Assembly: GCA_030141605.1 (NCBI GenBank)
Contig: JAQGDQ010000864.1
Span: forward strand, 22,831 to 86,830
Direction: 5' to 3'
From: Tubiluchus corallicola
Taxonomy: Eukaryota > Animalia > Priapulida
DNA length: 64,000 bases
Positions 12,415 through 53,017 of this stretch are shown here, one piece after another (positions within the stretch are counted from its first letter, which is position 1; the number at the start of each line of letters is the position of its first letter). A model generated the notes under the pieces. It worked only from the letters and a program-made list of their open reading frames with translations. It searched no databases and was not told the origin of the DNA. A program made the position numbers and the translations under genes.

Positions 12415-12913
12415 CTAAAGATGAAATATCTGCAAAACGGCAAAAAGATGAATAGAAAATTTTTACTAATAAGATTTAGTTTTATTTTCTGAAGAAAACA
12501 GCTAAGCGGTCACAGTGCCTGCTTGGCACCCAAAATTAAGCAGTGCCAAACGTGGGAGGTGTTATGGTCCAGTAACACTACAGCCACAAATACGAAACTC
12601 AAAGTGCTTTTGAGTGTCTAATCTTGCATTATAGACTTCAGAGTTCAGCATAGGCAGAAATGAAATTGTGATTTAAAAAAGTATATGTAAAACAACAATT
12701 ACAACTTTTATCAGTCCAGCTACACCAGTAAATCAATATATTGACAGGTGACCGATGAGCTGTTGAATTTTCGTAGCCTCGACAAATCACCAAAATGGCG
12801 TCAAGGCAAAATGACGCCGTTACAAACATACTGATGCGCACCGATCGAACTGATCTCGCAAAAAATTAAGCAATACAAAGTATTTTCAATTTTATATAAA
12901 AATGTTATATTAC

Positions 12914-13060
12914 CGTTTGAAGCTCAAGACACCTGTCTTCACTATTATTGCCTTGATATTGAGAAAATATATCTTGCATCAGACTTCTTCCACAAAATTT
13001 GAAAGAAAAACAAATTTTTCCATCTACACCTTTCTTTGTCACTACAAAGCCCAGCTACTG
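12914..13060 (-). other. Probable PNRC 5' leader exon carrying uORF1 (13023-12979) and the start of uORF2 (12979-12914)
   Basis: Donor ACG|GTAATA at 12914/12913; candidate acceptors ttttgcag|12429 and ttcatctttag|12414. The TSS position is inferred. Confidence 0.55.
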
Positions 13061-13074
13061 TTGGCTGATTCGCT

Positions 13075-13165
13075 GTTAACCAATGATGTTGTTGGAAAAT
13101 ATCATGTGACTATGAGTCATGCGATGAGGTAATTGCCAAACATTGCGAAATCAACCAATCAGAAT
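13075..13165. promoter_or_regulatory. PNRC promoter motifs: CCAAT boxes, M-box/E-box, AP-1 site
   Basis: CCAAT at ~13080 and ~13155; TCATGTGA at 13102-13109; TGAGTCA at 13113-13119. Confidence 0.5.
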
Positions 13166-14940
13166 ATTTTAGGGTTATTCGGTCATGGATGAGAGAGGCA
13201 AACGACGAACACCAACGGTTATTTTCGTTATTCGCCCACTGAAATAAATGCATCTTGGAACAACGCATTTACGATGTATAATACATACCTGTACTTTGAA
13301 ATAAATCTTCAGGATGTCTCTCAATGCTGAATTTTAAAATCAAGCTGCTAAATTACTCTTGATTCGGACAGTATAACACATAGACACGTTAGCCCAATTT
13401 GCATATCCCCCATGTGACAAACAGATACATCAGTTTTGCGCAGATATTAGCCTAACTAAACTGAGTATTAGGTGAAATGTTTAACAGATCTTAATAATTT
13501 TTTGCACATAAATAGTAAGTCTTGCATAAATTGCAAAAATATTCAAGTTCTTTTTTACCAATTATTATGCGAACTATCAAAATTTTTCATCAGCAAAAGT
13601 ATGTGAAGAACATTAAAATTTATGAAAACACTTAAACAAAAAATATCACAAATTATGAAAGCAATTGAGCGTTAGAATATTAAACTAAAGTTTAATATTG
13701 ATTTGAACAATTTAGCAATGGCGATCTCTATGAACAATTTTTCAACAAGTTACTATAGTTCTTTGCACACGTTAATATTTTACTTAGTGATACATAATTT
13801 ATCTAAAAACCTATTTTAATTTCCAGTTTATATTTTTATCTTAAATACGATTTAAAACCTTTAAAATTTGATTAAACTCGAATTTGAAAGCCAAAAATTC
13901 CATTCTACCCGAATTCAATTTCTGTTAGTGTATGCTTACCCTGTGTGATTATGAATTAAATTCAGGATATATGTGTACGTTATTATAATAAACTACATCA
14001 ATAACAAACAATAATATTCGATTTGACTTATCGCTAATTTTTGTAATGTTTCAAAGTTATGGTAAAAAAGTTTCAGAGTTTGTATGTTTCAAAGTTTCTA
14101 GGACTTGAAAATTTTAATTTATAGTGACAACAGTGTAGAAACGACTGAAAATGTTAGAGGCGCCATCTAGTACAATAATTTATGAAGAATTGTCGAATGC
14201 GTAAGAATTATACATAATCCTGGTCGATGCGGCGGCAATATTAGTTTTGGTATTACTAGTTGTGCTCAGAGCAGAATTTAAACTAACATTAATAAAAAAC
14301 ACCACCATAAAGTAAAAAGAACAAACAGTTGCCGTACTGAGCTAGAATTACACTCTGTAGATGTGTATTGCAATTGTATGGTAAAGGTTTTTCATTATAT
14401 CGACTACAGATGGCGGCACATGGTTATAATTTTTCCAGCAATGACAAATTTAACTTGCCTTTTTCATAAACAACAAGTAAATAAATCATCTTTCTAAATT
14501 GAAACGCGCGTTTGTACGATAATATTTACCTACTTGAAAACACTTTAATATTTTCCAGAAGTTGTACTATTACCCATCAAGTTGCTGCCAAACCCCTCCC
14601 AACCTTGGTTTTTACAACATGCGGGTGAACGTATTTCAAGCTTGAATACTCAGCTACAAGCTACAGTGTACGCGTACAGAACGCAAAGCCAATACGCGTT
14701 GATAGGCAGGCAGACACAGTCGGCAGTCCTTGGCCATTAAATGCACTTGTTGGATTGGCAAGTAAGGCCCGCAGAGTGGAATCAGACTGGCTATTATTCC
14801 GAGCAGGTTTTGGGTGATTTTCGTTCAGGGAGTATTGTTGAATTCGGGAGGATGTGGGTCAGCCTTGCAGTGCTGTGCTTCAACCACTGCTAGACGAGAC
14901 TTTACGTAGAACCTCTAGTGAAAGGAATCCAGTCAGGATT

Positions 14941-35207
<20,267 letters not shown>

Positions 35208-35551
35208 GCAGCATAGATGGAGCCACACGGCTGGTACGGCATTTTTGCTGCAGAGAGCTCAAGCATTATACAGTATATCAAGAGTTAATGGAGTTAGAGA
35301 ATTTTGTATTCATATCAAAATGAAAAATATACCAAAGATATAGACTCATAATTGGCGCGAGTTCCGCCACGGGCCTGATCTATGTGTTAACATGTCAGAG
35401 TGTAATAGAAGTTAACTCCACTATAGCTATGAGATAATTATGTTAATATGTGTAAATCTTGTTACTAATATGCAGTATGTTCCCTTGCGTAATGCTCTTC
35501 TCATACTTGTGCACAGAGATGACATTTCTTGCTACTGTCGTTACCGTATAA

Positions 35552-36010
35552 CAATTACATGGTTTAAGGAATTACGTGTATATATGCTACAGCGAACGAG
35601 TTACTAGCTTAGCTGAAAACCTGTTAGAGACTCTATATGAATAACAGTTACATGGTTTAAGAAATTACGTGTATATATGCTACAGCGAACGAGTTACTAG
35701 CTTAGCTGAAAACCTGTTAGAGACTCTATATGAATAACAGTTACATGGTTTAAGGAATTACGCGTATACATGGTACAGCGAACGCATTACTAGCTAAGCT
35801 AAAAACCTGTTAGAGACTCTATATGAATAACAGCTACATGGTTTAAGAAATTACACGTATACATGGTACAGCGAACGCGTTACTAGCTAACTGAAAACCT
35901 ATTAGAGACTATATGAATAATAGTTACGTGGTTTAAGGAATTACGCGTGTATATGCTACAGCGAACGAGTTACTAGCTTAGCTGAAAACCTGTTAGAGAC
36001 TCTATATGAA
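35552..36010. repeat. Minisatellite, 94-bp unit, downstream of the RNF38 stop
   Basis: TTACATGGTTTAAGGAATTACG...CTGTTAGAGACTCTATATGAA repeated 5 times. Confidence 0.92.
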
Positions 36011-36306
36011 AATGTTTAAGCGCACATAAAAAAAACTTCGTATTTTATCAGAGACCGTATTATTTCTTTGCAAATATCGTGTGACATTTCCACATGTTTT
36101 AAGCGGACTAGGTGGTGGTGGGTCTCATAATTCATATTTAACGCCGTACCTTTATGCTCATTTATTCCTAGATGTGTGATCAATGGAGAATAGCAATCGT
36201 GCTGAAATTTATGCAGAAAATTCTGTATGATTCTCTTAAAAACTCGTTCTTTCTTTCACTTAATCTCGCTACTTGCGTACCACTGATAGGTACTTACCGA
36301 TACAAA

Positions 36307-37043
36307 CGGGGCCGGATCATGCTATGGGCTAGTACAGGGGTGTGCAAACTGCGGCCCGCCGAGAGATCTTGTGCGACCCGCGAAGAGGTATGTCAACGTA
36401 ATGAAAGTGCGGCCCACGCGATCCAGCTGAAGTCTGCGCCAATATCGCAAAGATAGTGCGGGTAGTTTTTCCTCTAGATCGGATGGCATTAACCCTTGCA
36501 AGACGGTTGTCACTTAATGTCACTGTTGGACACGACGAAATATATGGTTTTTAATATAAATTTTAATAACTTCTAAAATAGTTTCTTGAGCATAGTAGTA
36601 ATGATGTGGATGCAAATCGGATGCAAAAAAAATCGTTATTAGGTCCTACTGTACTTGGCTCCTTGATCAAACTGCATGTGGCCCACAGGAATCGCGGGAA
36701 AGTTTAATGTGGCCCGGCTAGTCAGATAATTTGCACACCCCTCGGCTAGTATAACCCATCTTGGGGTCCCTCAAACTTTGGTAAAAAAAAACTGTTTCGG
36801 TTGTGTGCTAATTTGGTTTGCAATAAATAATAAAATACCGGTATTTCTTAAACATTGTTTTTATTGACAAACGAAAGATAGCTGTTCCAGCTTATTTAAA
36901 GTTACTTCAAGCCGTGTAAATGTCACTAAAATATATCGACAGTTAAAAATATTCGGTCGTGGGCGACTTAGAGGGTGGCTCCATCTGAGGGGGATCGATA
37001 CTCTCATTGGTCTAGGGACCCCAAAACTCGTAATCCGGCCCTG
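36307..37043. mobile_element. hAT-type MITE hosting a nested family C element
   Basis: Termini CGGGGCCGGAT/ATCCGGCCCTG; TSD GATACAAA/GATACATA. Confidence 0.75.
36335..36743 (+). mobile_element. hAT-type MITE, family C (nested)
   Basis: TIRs CAGGGGTGTGCAAA/TTTGCACACCCCTC; exact 8-bp TSD GGCTAGTA. Confidence 0.88.
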
Positions 37044-37416
37044 GATACATACATTTTCGTATCAATTTCACCCATGTAAAATTGTAACTAGTGAACAAAA
37101 TTTACAAGCCTGCATTGAATTTTTCCTTTTAGACGTAACTGTATTAAGACAATTCATTCTCGTACTAACTCTTATTCCTGCATCGATTGTAATGTTATTA
37201 TTACGCCGTAGACGTGATGTAACTTGTTCTTAACTAACGTAAACGCAGCAAAACCAGACTTACACAAACGCCTGTTATGAGTTTTAACTGGCGTTTGGTC
37301 TGTCTGCAAACTCGAACGTGCTCGAGATCTTCCATTTCTTCAAACGTTTGGAAATTTAACTTTTTAATAGTCGCCAATGTAAACGTTGCGTAATTGTTGT
37401 TAAAGGGAAAGGAGGA

Positions 37417-37600
37417 CAAGTCACTTAGCGCATAGGGTTTATTTTAGTGTCATCACTTAAACTGTTTGTGGTGTGCTAAAGGAAAGCGCAAGTCACTTAA
37501 CACATTGGGTTTATTTTAGTGTCATCACTTAAACTGTTTGTGGTGTGCTAAAGGAAAGCACAAGTCACTTAGCACATTGGGTTTATTTTAGTGTCATCAC
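37417..37600. repeat. 72-bp tandem repeat, ~2.5 copies
   Basis: CAAGTCACTTAGC...GGGTTTATTTTAGTGTCATCAC. Confidence 0.85.
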
Positions 37601-38007
37601 GAGAACTTATCAAAAGTAACAGAGAACTTTGCAAAAAGCTTTACAAAGTATGAAGGCAATTTATTCTATCACTGTATGGAAATTTGCGGATGCTGTAATA
37701 GCCGCCATTTACTTGTGACGTAAATGGTGGTCTTCGTAACTTTCCGTAAGCACTTCGTAACTTTCCGTAAGCACATGTTGCTCAAACTAATTCAAACTTC
37801 TGCAGCTTTGCGTAATCTTTGTGCAAAAAGAGCTTGTTTTAAAAAAACTTACTGTGCTTTTGACGGAAATTTGCAGTGCGCTGTTTTTTCTTCGACCAAT
37901 GAACGATATCATTAAAAATGGAAGTGCCCAAGCGTGAATCGATCACAACTTTAAGTGATTTTTCTAATCGCACTTTTATTACTAAATCCTTCTAACATTT
38001 TAACTTG

Positions 38008-38128
38008 CGAGAAAGCTTGACTTTTCCTTTAATGCTTCTGAGAAAGCTTGACTTTTCCTTTAATACTTCTGAGAAAGCTTGACTTTTCCTTTAATACTTC
38101 TGAGAAAGCTTGACTTTTCCTTTAATAC
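38008..38128. repeat. 31-bp tandem repeat, 4 copies
   Basis: GAGAAAGCTTGACTTTTCCTTTAATACTTCT. Confidence 0.9.
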
Positions 38129-38461
38129 ATCTCTGTTTAAGGAACAAAATCTTCTTTTGTTAATGATGGATGGAATAATTCTGCTGATAAAGTGTGAATT
38201 TAACCACTAGCTGTCTACTGTCTATGCACTATTACTGTTACATACATGCAGTGCAATATGCGTAACAAGGTGCTTTGAAATGCTTGAAGTTAGTCAAGGC
38301 CTGTATTTCAATGTGTCAAATCATCCTAAACAACAACAGTGAAATTTCATTTTCGTTGCAGTTTTTTTACAATTACACTGTGACCACATTCAGAGAAAAA
38401 TCGCATAATTCCGAAGTTGAAGTGTTCATTTAATTAACAAATCAGCGACATTGCTTTTGAG

Positions 38462-40172
38462 CACTGGCGGCTCGTGTATACGTACCGTGGAACTGCAGCA
38501 CCCCCTATTTTCACTCAATATAATTGGCGGCTCGTGTATACGTACCGTGGAACTGCAGCACCCCCTATCTTCACTCAGTATAATCGTTAATATAATCAGT
38601 GTTTTCATTTTACTTCTTTCTTTACACTTGTACGGTCCTGATCACGTGAGGGTAGTCCTGTTTGCTTCACAGCCCCGCACAGTGGTGTGTTTGGCTGTTG
38701 TGCGTATGCGGCCAGTGTAGTCCTGTTTGCTTCACAGCCCCGCACAGTGGTGTGTTTGGCTGTTGTGCGTATGCGGCCAGTGTAGTCCTGTTTGCTTCAC
38801 AGCCCCGCACAGTGGTGTGTTTGGCTGTTGTGCACATGCGGCCAGTGTAGTCGTGTGTGCTTCACGGCCCAGCACAGTGGTGCGTTTGGCTGTTGTGTGC
38901 ATGCGGCCAGTGTAGTACTGTTTGCTTCACAGCCCCGCACAGTGGTGTGTTTGGCTGTTGTGCACATGCGGCCAGTGTAGTACTGTTTGCTTCACGGCCC
39001 AGCACAGTGGTGTGTTTGGCTGTTGTGCGTATGCTGCCAGTGTAGTCGTGTGTGCTTCACAGCCCCGCACAGTGGTGTGTTTGGCTGTTGTACGCATGCG
39101 GCTAGTGTAGTCCTGTGTGCTTCACGGCCCATCACAGTGGTGTGTTTGGCTGTTGTGCGTATGCGGCTAGGGTAGTACTGTTTGCTTCACGGCCCCGCAC
39201 AGTGGTGCGTTTGGCTGTTGTGCACATACGGCTAGGGTAGTACTGTTTGCTTCACGGCCCAGCACGTGTGTTTGGCTGTTGTACGCATGCGGCCAGTGTA
39301 GTCGTGTGTGTGCTTCACGGCCCAGCACGTGTGTTTGGCTGTTGTACGCATGCGGCCAATGTAGTCGTGTGTGCTTCACGGCCCAGCACAGTGGTGTGTT
39401 TGGCTGTTGTGCGTATGCGGCCAGTGTAGTCGTGTGTGCTTCACGGCCCAGCACAGTGGTGCGTTTGGCTGTTGTGCGCATGCGGCCATTTAAGTTCTTA
39501 TAAGAGTTATAAAATATAAAGCAGGGTTCTCACAGAATTTTAAAAAATTCCCTAACCAGATTTTTCATGACCAAGATAGCGCCTGCCATAGCAAAATTTT
39601 ATTCCCAAAAATATGTTTCGAAAAATATCAGTTTGAAGTGATGATTTTTGCAACATTTTCCAATTTGCCTGAGTTATAGCCCCATTTTCATCATTTTGCT
39701 TGTATTTTCAAGGATTTCCTTGAGCGTGGGAACCCTGTGAAAGATTTTTGTGGTCACCGTTAAGATTTGTAGATGGCGACACTGGTCTTGTAAGCACTGA
39801 ACAGTGTAGTTGTATGTTGTACAGTGGTAAAATGGGCGATGTCACCATGCGCACATCTCTGAGACAAGATGCTGTACTTTAGGCAGAAACAGAACAGCAA
39901 CGTTGCAGTGTGTGATGTCAGTTGACACGTACTTAGACACGTCCTGTACCGGCATATTCTTGAACTGTGACAATTTAACCCATTCGCAAGCAAACAATAT
40001 TCTTTGTTTAGGATTTTATCAAGTTTATTTATAAATTCTCGTACGTTTGTCTGTTTAAAATTACAACATTAAAATTGCATATTTTGTTTCGTTTTTTTAG
40101 TATTAAAACAACGGCTAAAAATTTTCTGAAACAGCACCCCCCTCCCGTAATTTTAACTACGAGCCGCCACTG
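38462..40172 (+). mobile_element. TIR element, family F, expanded by an internal 65-bp satellite
   Basis: Termini CACTGGCGGCTCGT/ACGAGCCGCCACTG; subterminal CAGCACCCCCT motifs; shorter relative at 48950-49470. Confidence 0.7.
38651..39488. repeat. Minisatellite, 65-bp unit
   Basis: GCTTCACAGCCCCGCACAGTGGTGTGTTTGGCTGTTGTGCGTATGCGGCCAGTGTAGTC repeated about 13 times. Confidence 0.95.
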
Positions 40173-41265
40173 CTCTTCGGCCATTTTGTGTCGACTAGTT
40201 GTGTCGGCCATTTTGTGTCGACTGGTTGTGTAAATAGATGTGTCGTTTGGTTACTACAAATGATTTACTAATAGCTTACTGTTCAGTATTGTTAGTTAGA
40301 GTTTATCGCAAGCATTTCGCGCGGGTTTCAACGCCGCCTTTATGTTTAGCAAATACGATCACCGATGTTCCATTTATGAAACTTTATCGTTATTTTGTAC
40401 CTCACGAACTGTTTATCGAGAAACTGTGTGTACATGTCGGCTTGAATTATATCAAACTGTAATAATGTGTTTACTTATGATAGTTTATTAACACGTTGTC
40501 TTTGTTTATTTGTTTGTTATGATTTAATTTTAATTCCTGTCCAGTTTGTTGGTTTTTTTTACAGAAAAATTAATTGCAAATATTATTTTTGTTCGTTAAT
40601 TAGTTCGAAGCGAGTTTTTGCGTGACAGTTGTTGAACAACGTGCTCAGTTCCGGAGGACTATCGCATCTCTCCGAAACTGCGCAAAGTTGTTAGGAATTA
40701 TCGGCAGCGCTAACGTGCTGCCACCTTTGTCTTAAACGTTCTTTTTGTATTTCTTATTCACGGCAGATGGCGTTTTTTTTTGCGAATTTCTCGATTCTGC
40801 TGCCGTACATTGTTGAATTTGAAATATATCGTGCATCTAGATTAAAATTCACTGTCAAAAGAGAACTTGTACTGTACAGATATAGTGATGATAGAGTAAT
40901 GTTAGTTAAAAATGCTATCATGTCATTTACCACTAGAATATAGTATGTAGAAGAAAGTGTAAGTTTCGCTCAAATGTCTATATTGCTACAAAATCAAGAA
41001 TCTTCTGATTATGCTCGTGACAACTTTTAGTTCTTAACTTTGCTAAAAGCAGTGAAATTGAATTATTTTGTCAGTTATTAATTATGTAAAAGTGTTTCAA
41101 ATTTCAAATAAATTTTTGCCTATGGGAAATAAGACGTTTTCTTCGTGTTTTCAGAATGCGTGCGTTATTAGTGAGGCCGATAAAAAAACTTCAGAATTAC
41201 GTGTTCAGAAAAGCAAGAAAGTTAGTTGAAATGAAATACATCAAAGTCTATTAACAAGCGGTTAT

Positions 41266-41740
41266 CGGTGAACAATAATGTTACATAATGCAAAACAAGT
41301 AAACATAATGAATGTTCTAGCTGTTGACAACTACAATAACAAGTTTCGGTGAACAATAATGTTACATAATGCAAAACAAATAAACATAATGAATGTTCTA
41401 GCTGTTGACAACTACAATAAAACGTTTCGGTAAACAATAATGTTACATAATGCAAAACAAATAAACATAATGAATATTCTAGCTGTTGACAACTACAATA
41501 ACACATTCCAGTGAACAATGTTACATAATGCTTAACAAAAAAACATGAATGTTCTAGCTGTTGACAACTACAATAACAAGTTTCGGTGAACAATAATGTT
41601 ACATAATGCAAAACAAGTAAACATAATGAATGTTCTAGCTGTTGACAACTACAATAACAAGTTTCGGTGAACAATAATGTTACATAATGCAAACCAAATA
41701 AACAATGAATGTTCTAGCTGTTGACAACTACAATAACACA
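41266..41740. repeat. Minisatellite, 81-bp unit
   Basis: GAACAATAATGTTACATAATGC...CTAGCTGTTGACAACTACAATAA repeated 6 times. Confidence 0.93.
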
Positions 41741-41796
41741 TTTTCTTCTAAGAAATTGACATGTTTAGATTGATGAACTGCAAACAAACACTATTT

Positions 41797-42124
41797 TAAG
41801 TTCTAATAAGAGTTATAAAACATAAAGCAGGGTTCTCACAGAATTTTAGAAATTTCCCTAACCAGATTTTTCATGGCCAAAATGGCGCCTGCCATAGCAA
41901 AATTTTATTTCCAAAAATATGTTTGGAAAAATATCAGTTCGCAGTGATGATTTTTGTAGCCCCATTTTCATCATTTTGCTTGTATTTTCAAGGATTTCCC
42001 TGACCGTGGAAACCCCGTAAAAGATTTTTGTGGTCACTGTTAAGTTTTGTAGATGGCGACACTGGTCGTAAGCACCGAACAGTGTTGTTGTATGTTGTAC
42101 AGTGGTAAAATGGGTAATGCCACC
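41797..42124 (+). repeat. ~330-bp direct duplicate of 39491-39846
   Basis: TAAGTTCT.ATAAGAGTTATAAAA.ATAAAGCAGGGTTCTCACAG...CAGTGGTAAAATGGG in both copies; contains a short CAGGGTT...AACCCTG MITE. Confidence 0.85.
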
Positions 42125-42991
42125 TATTCAAGTATCATGAACTACTCAGAACTGACATCATTGCACAAGTCAGGTATTTGGTAGTTATTATTGTAAGTGT
42201 TTGAACAGTGAACCAACATGGACTTTGAGAAATGGACTAAGTACTGATAACAATAATAATCACTCTCATTACACAACAACACCAATGAGATACAAACACA
42301 CGAAGCCACTGTATCTTTAGTAAATGCGAGTAAAGAAACTTCTATATATTTGTTCTTATAATTATCTATATACTTGTTATTACATATGCATGCTTAGTAC
42401 AAAAAATTGACGTAAAATGTAATTTACAACACCAAACTGTTCCACAGCGAGCTAAAATCTAACCAACTTGCATCGTTGTGTGTTATCGATGAATACAATT
42501 TGTAAGAAAATTAACACAAATATAATGTAGTCATTAGACCTTGTATAAAAAGTAGATGAAAAAATGAAAAAGAAATAGAAAGCAAAGCACAATTAAAAAG
42601 AAGTGGTGGGTCACAAAGATTTTTACGTAGGAAAACATTACGAAAAATCGTGACTGGTTTTGGTAGTCCCTTATAAGCGAGTACCTTATATCCAAAGCTG
42701 ACTGTATTTCAAAAAACTTGACAGCACAAAAGATTTGTCACTGAATGCACTACAGGATTTTTTTGCAGTCTTTTGATTGATCTTGCTTTACTTTTGAAGT
42801 AGCTATCTGATTCCTCATTGCAGACATACCCCATCTTTGAAAGATGGTACAATACTAATTGATTAACGCACATTTGCAAATCTCGGATCCAGTCTGCACC
42901 ATGCCCAGAGTCGACCTACTCCGGGGACTCATTAGGTACAGACTGGGACCTAGACTTTGTATTAACATGAACCTGAGCAGCAAAAACAGTA

Positions 42992-43194
42992 TTGTCAACC
43001 TCGGGTATAAGAGACCACCAACACCGGTCCCGATTTTTCCTACGTAAAAACCTTCATATATAAGGTACTCAGATATAAGGGACTTCTGATTATAAGTGAC
43101 GATATCTTCAGGTCTCGCGTAATAGAAACCCAGGTAAATTACCTCGCATATAAGGGACCTTATGATCAGAGTCCCTTATATCCGAGGTTGACTG
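42992..43194 (+). mobile_element. Tc1/pogo-like MITE, family D (short copy)
   Basis: GTCAACCTCGGGTATAAG...CTTATATCCGAGGTTGACTG|TA; an inverted fragment of the family lies at ~42625-42704. Confidence 0.75.
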
Positions 43195-43960
43195 TACATA
43201 ATCATGCAAAATTATTATTATATCTTAAATAAACGCAGATAACCAGCAAAACTATTTCCTCATTTAAAAAAACGGTTTCAACATAGTTACAACGATATCA
43301 TAGTATTTGTTGCAAATCTGCAGACCAATTCAATGTTGAATATGAATTGTGGTTAACGCAAGTTTAATTGATAATGTGTACCTGTATAAGGTTAATGATA
43401 AGCTGGACATAGTTACACGCTTCTTATGCGCAACAAACTGGTGACCAACCACACATTTTATGTGACATCAGTCATTCAATATCAGTCATCGGGAATTTCA
43501 CATGTCTTTAGCTTTCCACGGTCTTTCAAGAATTTCACAACGTACCACGTGCCAGCATATCTTCAGATGACAGACGTTCTACAGTCTTTAAACAACTTTC
43601 ATGACCCCATGGCGATTGCAAACAATTTCACTACATTCTAAACAATTTCTCTGGGCTGTTCTAAACACTGTCACCTACCCCCACTCAGCTCAAGTTAAAC
43701 TCACAGAGCCTCGGTTGTTTAAACATTAAATGTTTTTTACTGTTATTATGTATTTCCGTGGCACATTTTAACAGCCTATACAAATTTATCTCAAAACAGT
43801 AAAACTGTGCAGAATAGAATGAAGCCACTCAAAATTTAAAAAAATTTATACAGTGAAATATAAATGTGATTAAAATAGAGTAAGAAATACAGTTTAATAA
43901 GACACAAAATAAAAACAAATTGCATAATGCAAATTACGTAAATTAAATCAAAAACTACTT

Positions 43961-44528
43961 ACAGTTATAGTTCGACGTATTGTTTCAGTTATAGTTTGAC
44001 CTATTGTTTCAGTTATAGTTTGACCTATTGTTTCAGTTATAGTTTGACGTATTGTTTCAGTTATAGTTTGACGTATTGTTTCAGTTATAGTTTGAGCTAT
44101 TGTTTCAGTTATAGTTTGAGCTATTGTTTCAGTTATAGTTCGACGTATTGTTTCAGTTATAGTTTGACGTATTGTTTCAGTTATAGTTTGACGTATTGTT
44201 TCAGTTATAGTTTGAGCTATTGTTTCAGTTATAGTTCGACGTATTGTTTCAGTTATAGTTTGACGTATTGTTTCAGTTATAGTTTGACCTATTGTTTCAG
44301 TTATAGTCTGACATATTGTTTCAGTTATAGTTTGACCTATTGTTTCAGTTATAGTTTGACGTATTGTTTCAGTTATAGTTTGAGCTATTGTTTCAGTTAT
44401 AGTTCGACGTATTGTTTCAGTTATAGTTTGACGTATTGTTAAAGTTATAGTTTGACGTATTGTTTCAGTTATAGTTTGAGCTATTGTTTCAGTTATAGTT
44501 CGACGTATTGTTTCAGTTATAGTTTGAC
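43961..44528. repeat. Minisatellite, 24-bp unit (CAGTTATAGTTTGACGTATTGTTT)
   Basis: About 23 copies; source of the YCFSYSLT pseudo-ORF. Confidence 0.96.
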
Positions 44529-44795
44529 TGCTTATGAATATAATCGCTGCTTAGTGAGAGTAGTTTTTCATTAGCCCATTCAAAATGCAGCAAACGCTTA
44601 CGGTCCTGAAGGAGTTAGTACAAATAGACAATGAAATGATCTACAGAACTTCGGAGCGTTAAAAAATTGTGTGATTCGATGAGTTTATACAAAATGTTGT
44701 GAGTTACGAAATGAACGACACTTTCTAGTCGTCTTCAATAAAAAACTCTCCATTGCACATCATCTAGGCTCTGTGCTTTGCAGTCAGGCTGCTGC

Positions 44796-52358
<7,563 letters not shown>

Positions 52359-52505
52359 CTTAATCAATATTGAGAGAGCCTGTCGAACACTGTTGAAAAA
52401 CGTGTTAGCTGTTACTTTAATTTTGTTACCACATAACATTTTCAATAGCATTTCTCTACAATTTTTTTTTGAAAACTTCTATTGTACAAGTGCAGATGGA
52501 AATAT

Positions 52506-53017
52506 CAGGGATGAGAATGACAAATTGCAAAAAACTCTGAAACAGGCCTGGGGTTTGGGGGCCGCAAAGCCCCCTTGCAGCCAGCAACAAATTGCAATTT
52601 TGTGACCATAGAGAGCCTCTAAGTGGATTTAGTTATCTAGTATATCTAAATATCAGTTACCTTGTTTCATGCATAATTTAAAATACTCAACTATCAAGGA
52701 TAAATGTTACCTAATTGTCTCAAAAACACCTAAGTACTGGCAGCTCCTATGCAAAAGTATATAAGAACTGTCTGCAATTGACTCAAATAACTCCACACAA
52801 TTGATTCTATATTTTTATACATAGAGATGTACACGTGGTTACACTGATGTACGTGATGTAAACAAAGTGACGGCCTGCCAACTAGCGGTCAGCTTGTGAA
52901 ATAATGTACTGGCTCCATAAAAATTTTCTCAACGAATTTACGCGATTTCCAAAAATGGCACTACTGGTCTTCCAAAAACTCGGAATTCCGCCTATCTGCT
53001 GAAAATTCTCATCCCTG
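52506..53017 (-). mobile_element. hAT-type MITE, family A, copy 3 (SLBP intron 1)
   Basis: Perfect TIRs and exact 8-bp TSD GGAAATAT. Confidence 0.92.

Noticed and set aside
38451-39503. Cys-rich ORFs
   Set aside because: Translations of the 65-bp satellite.
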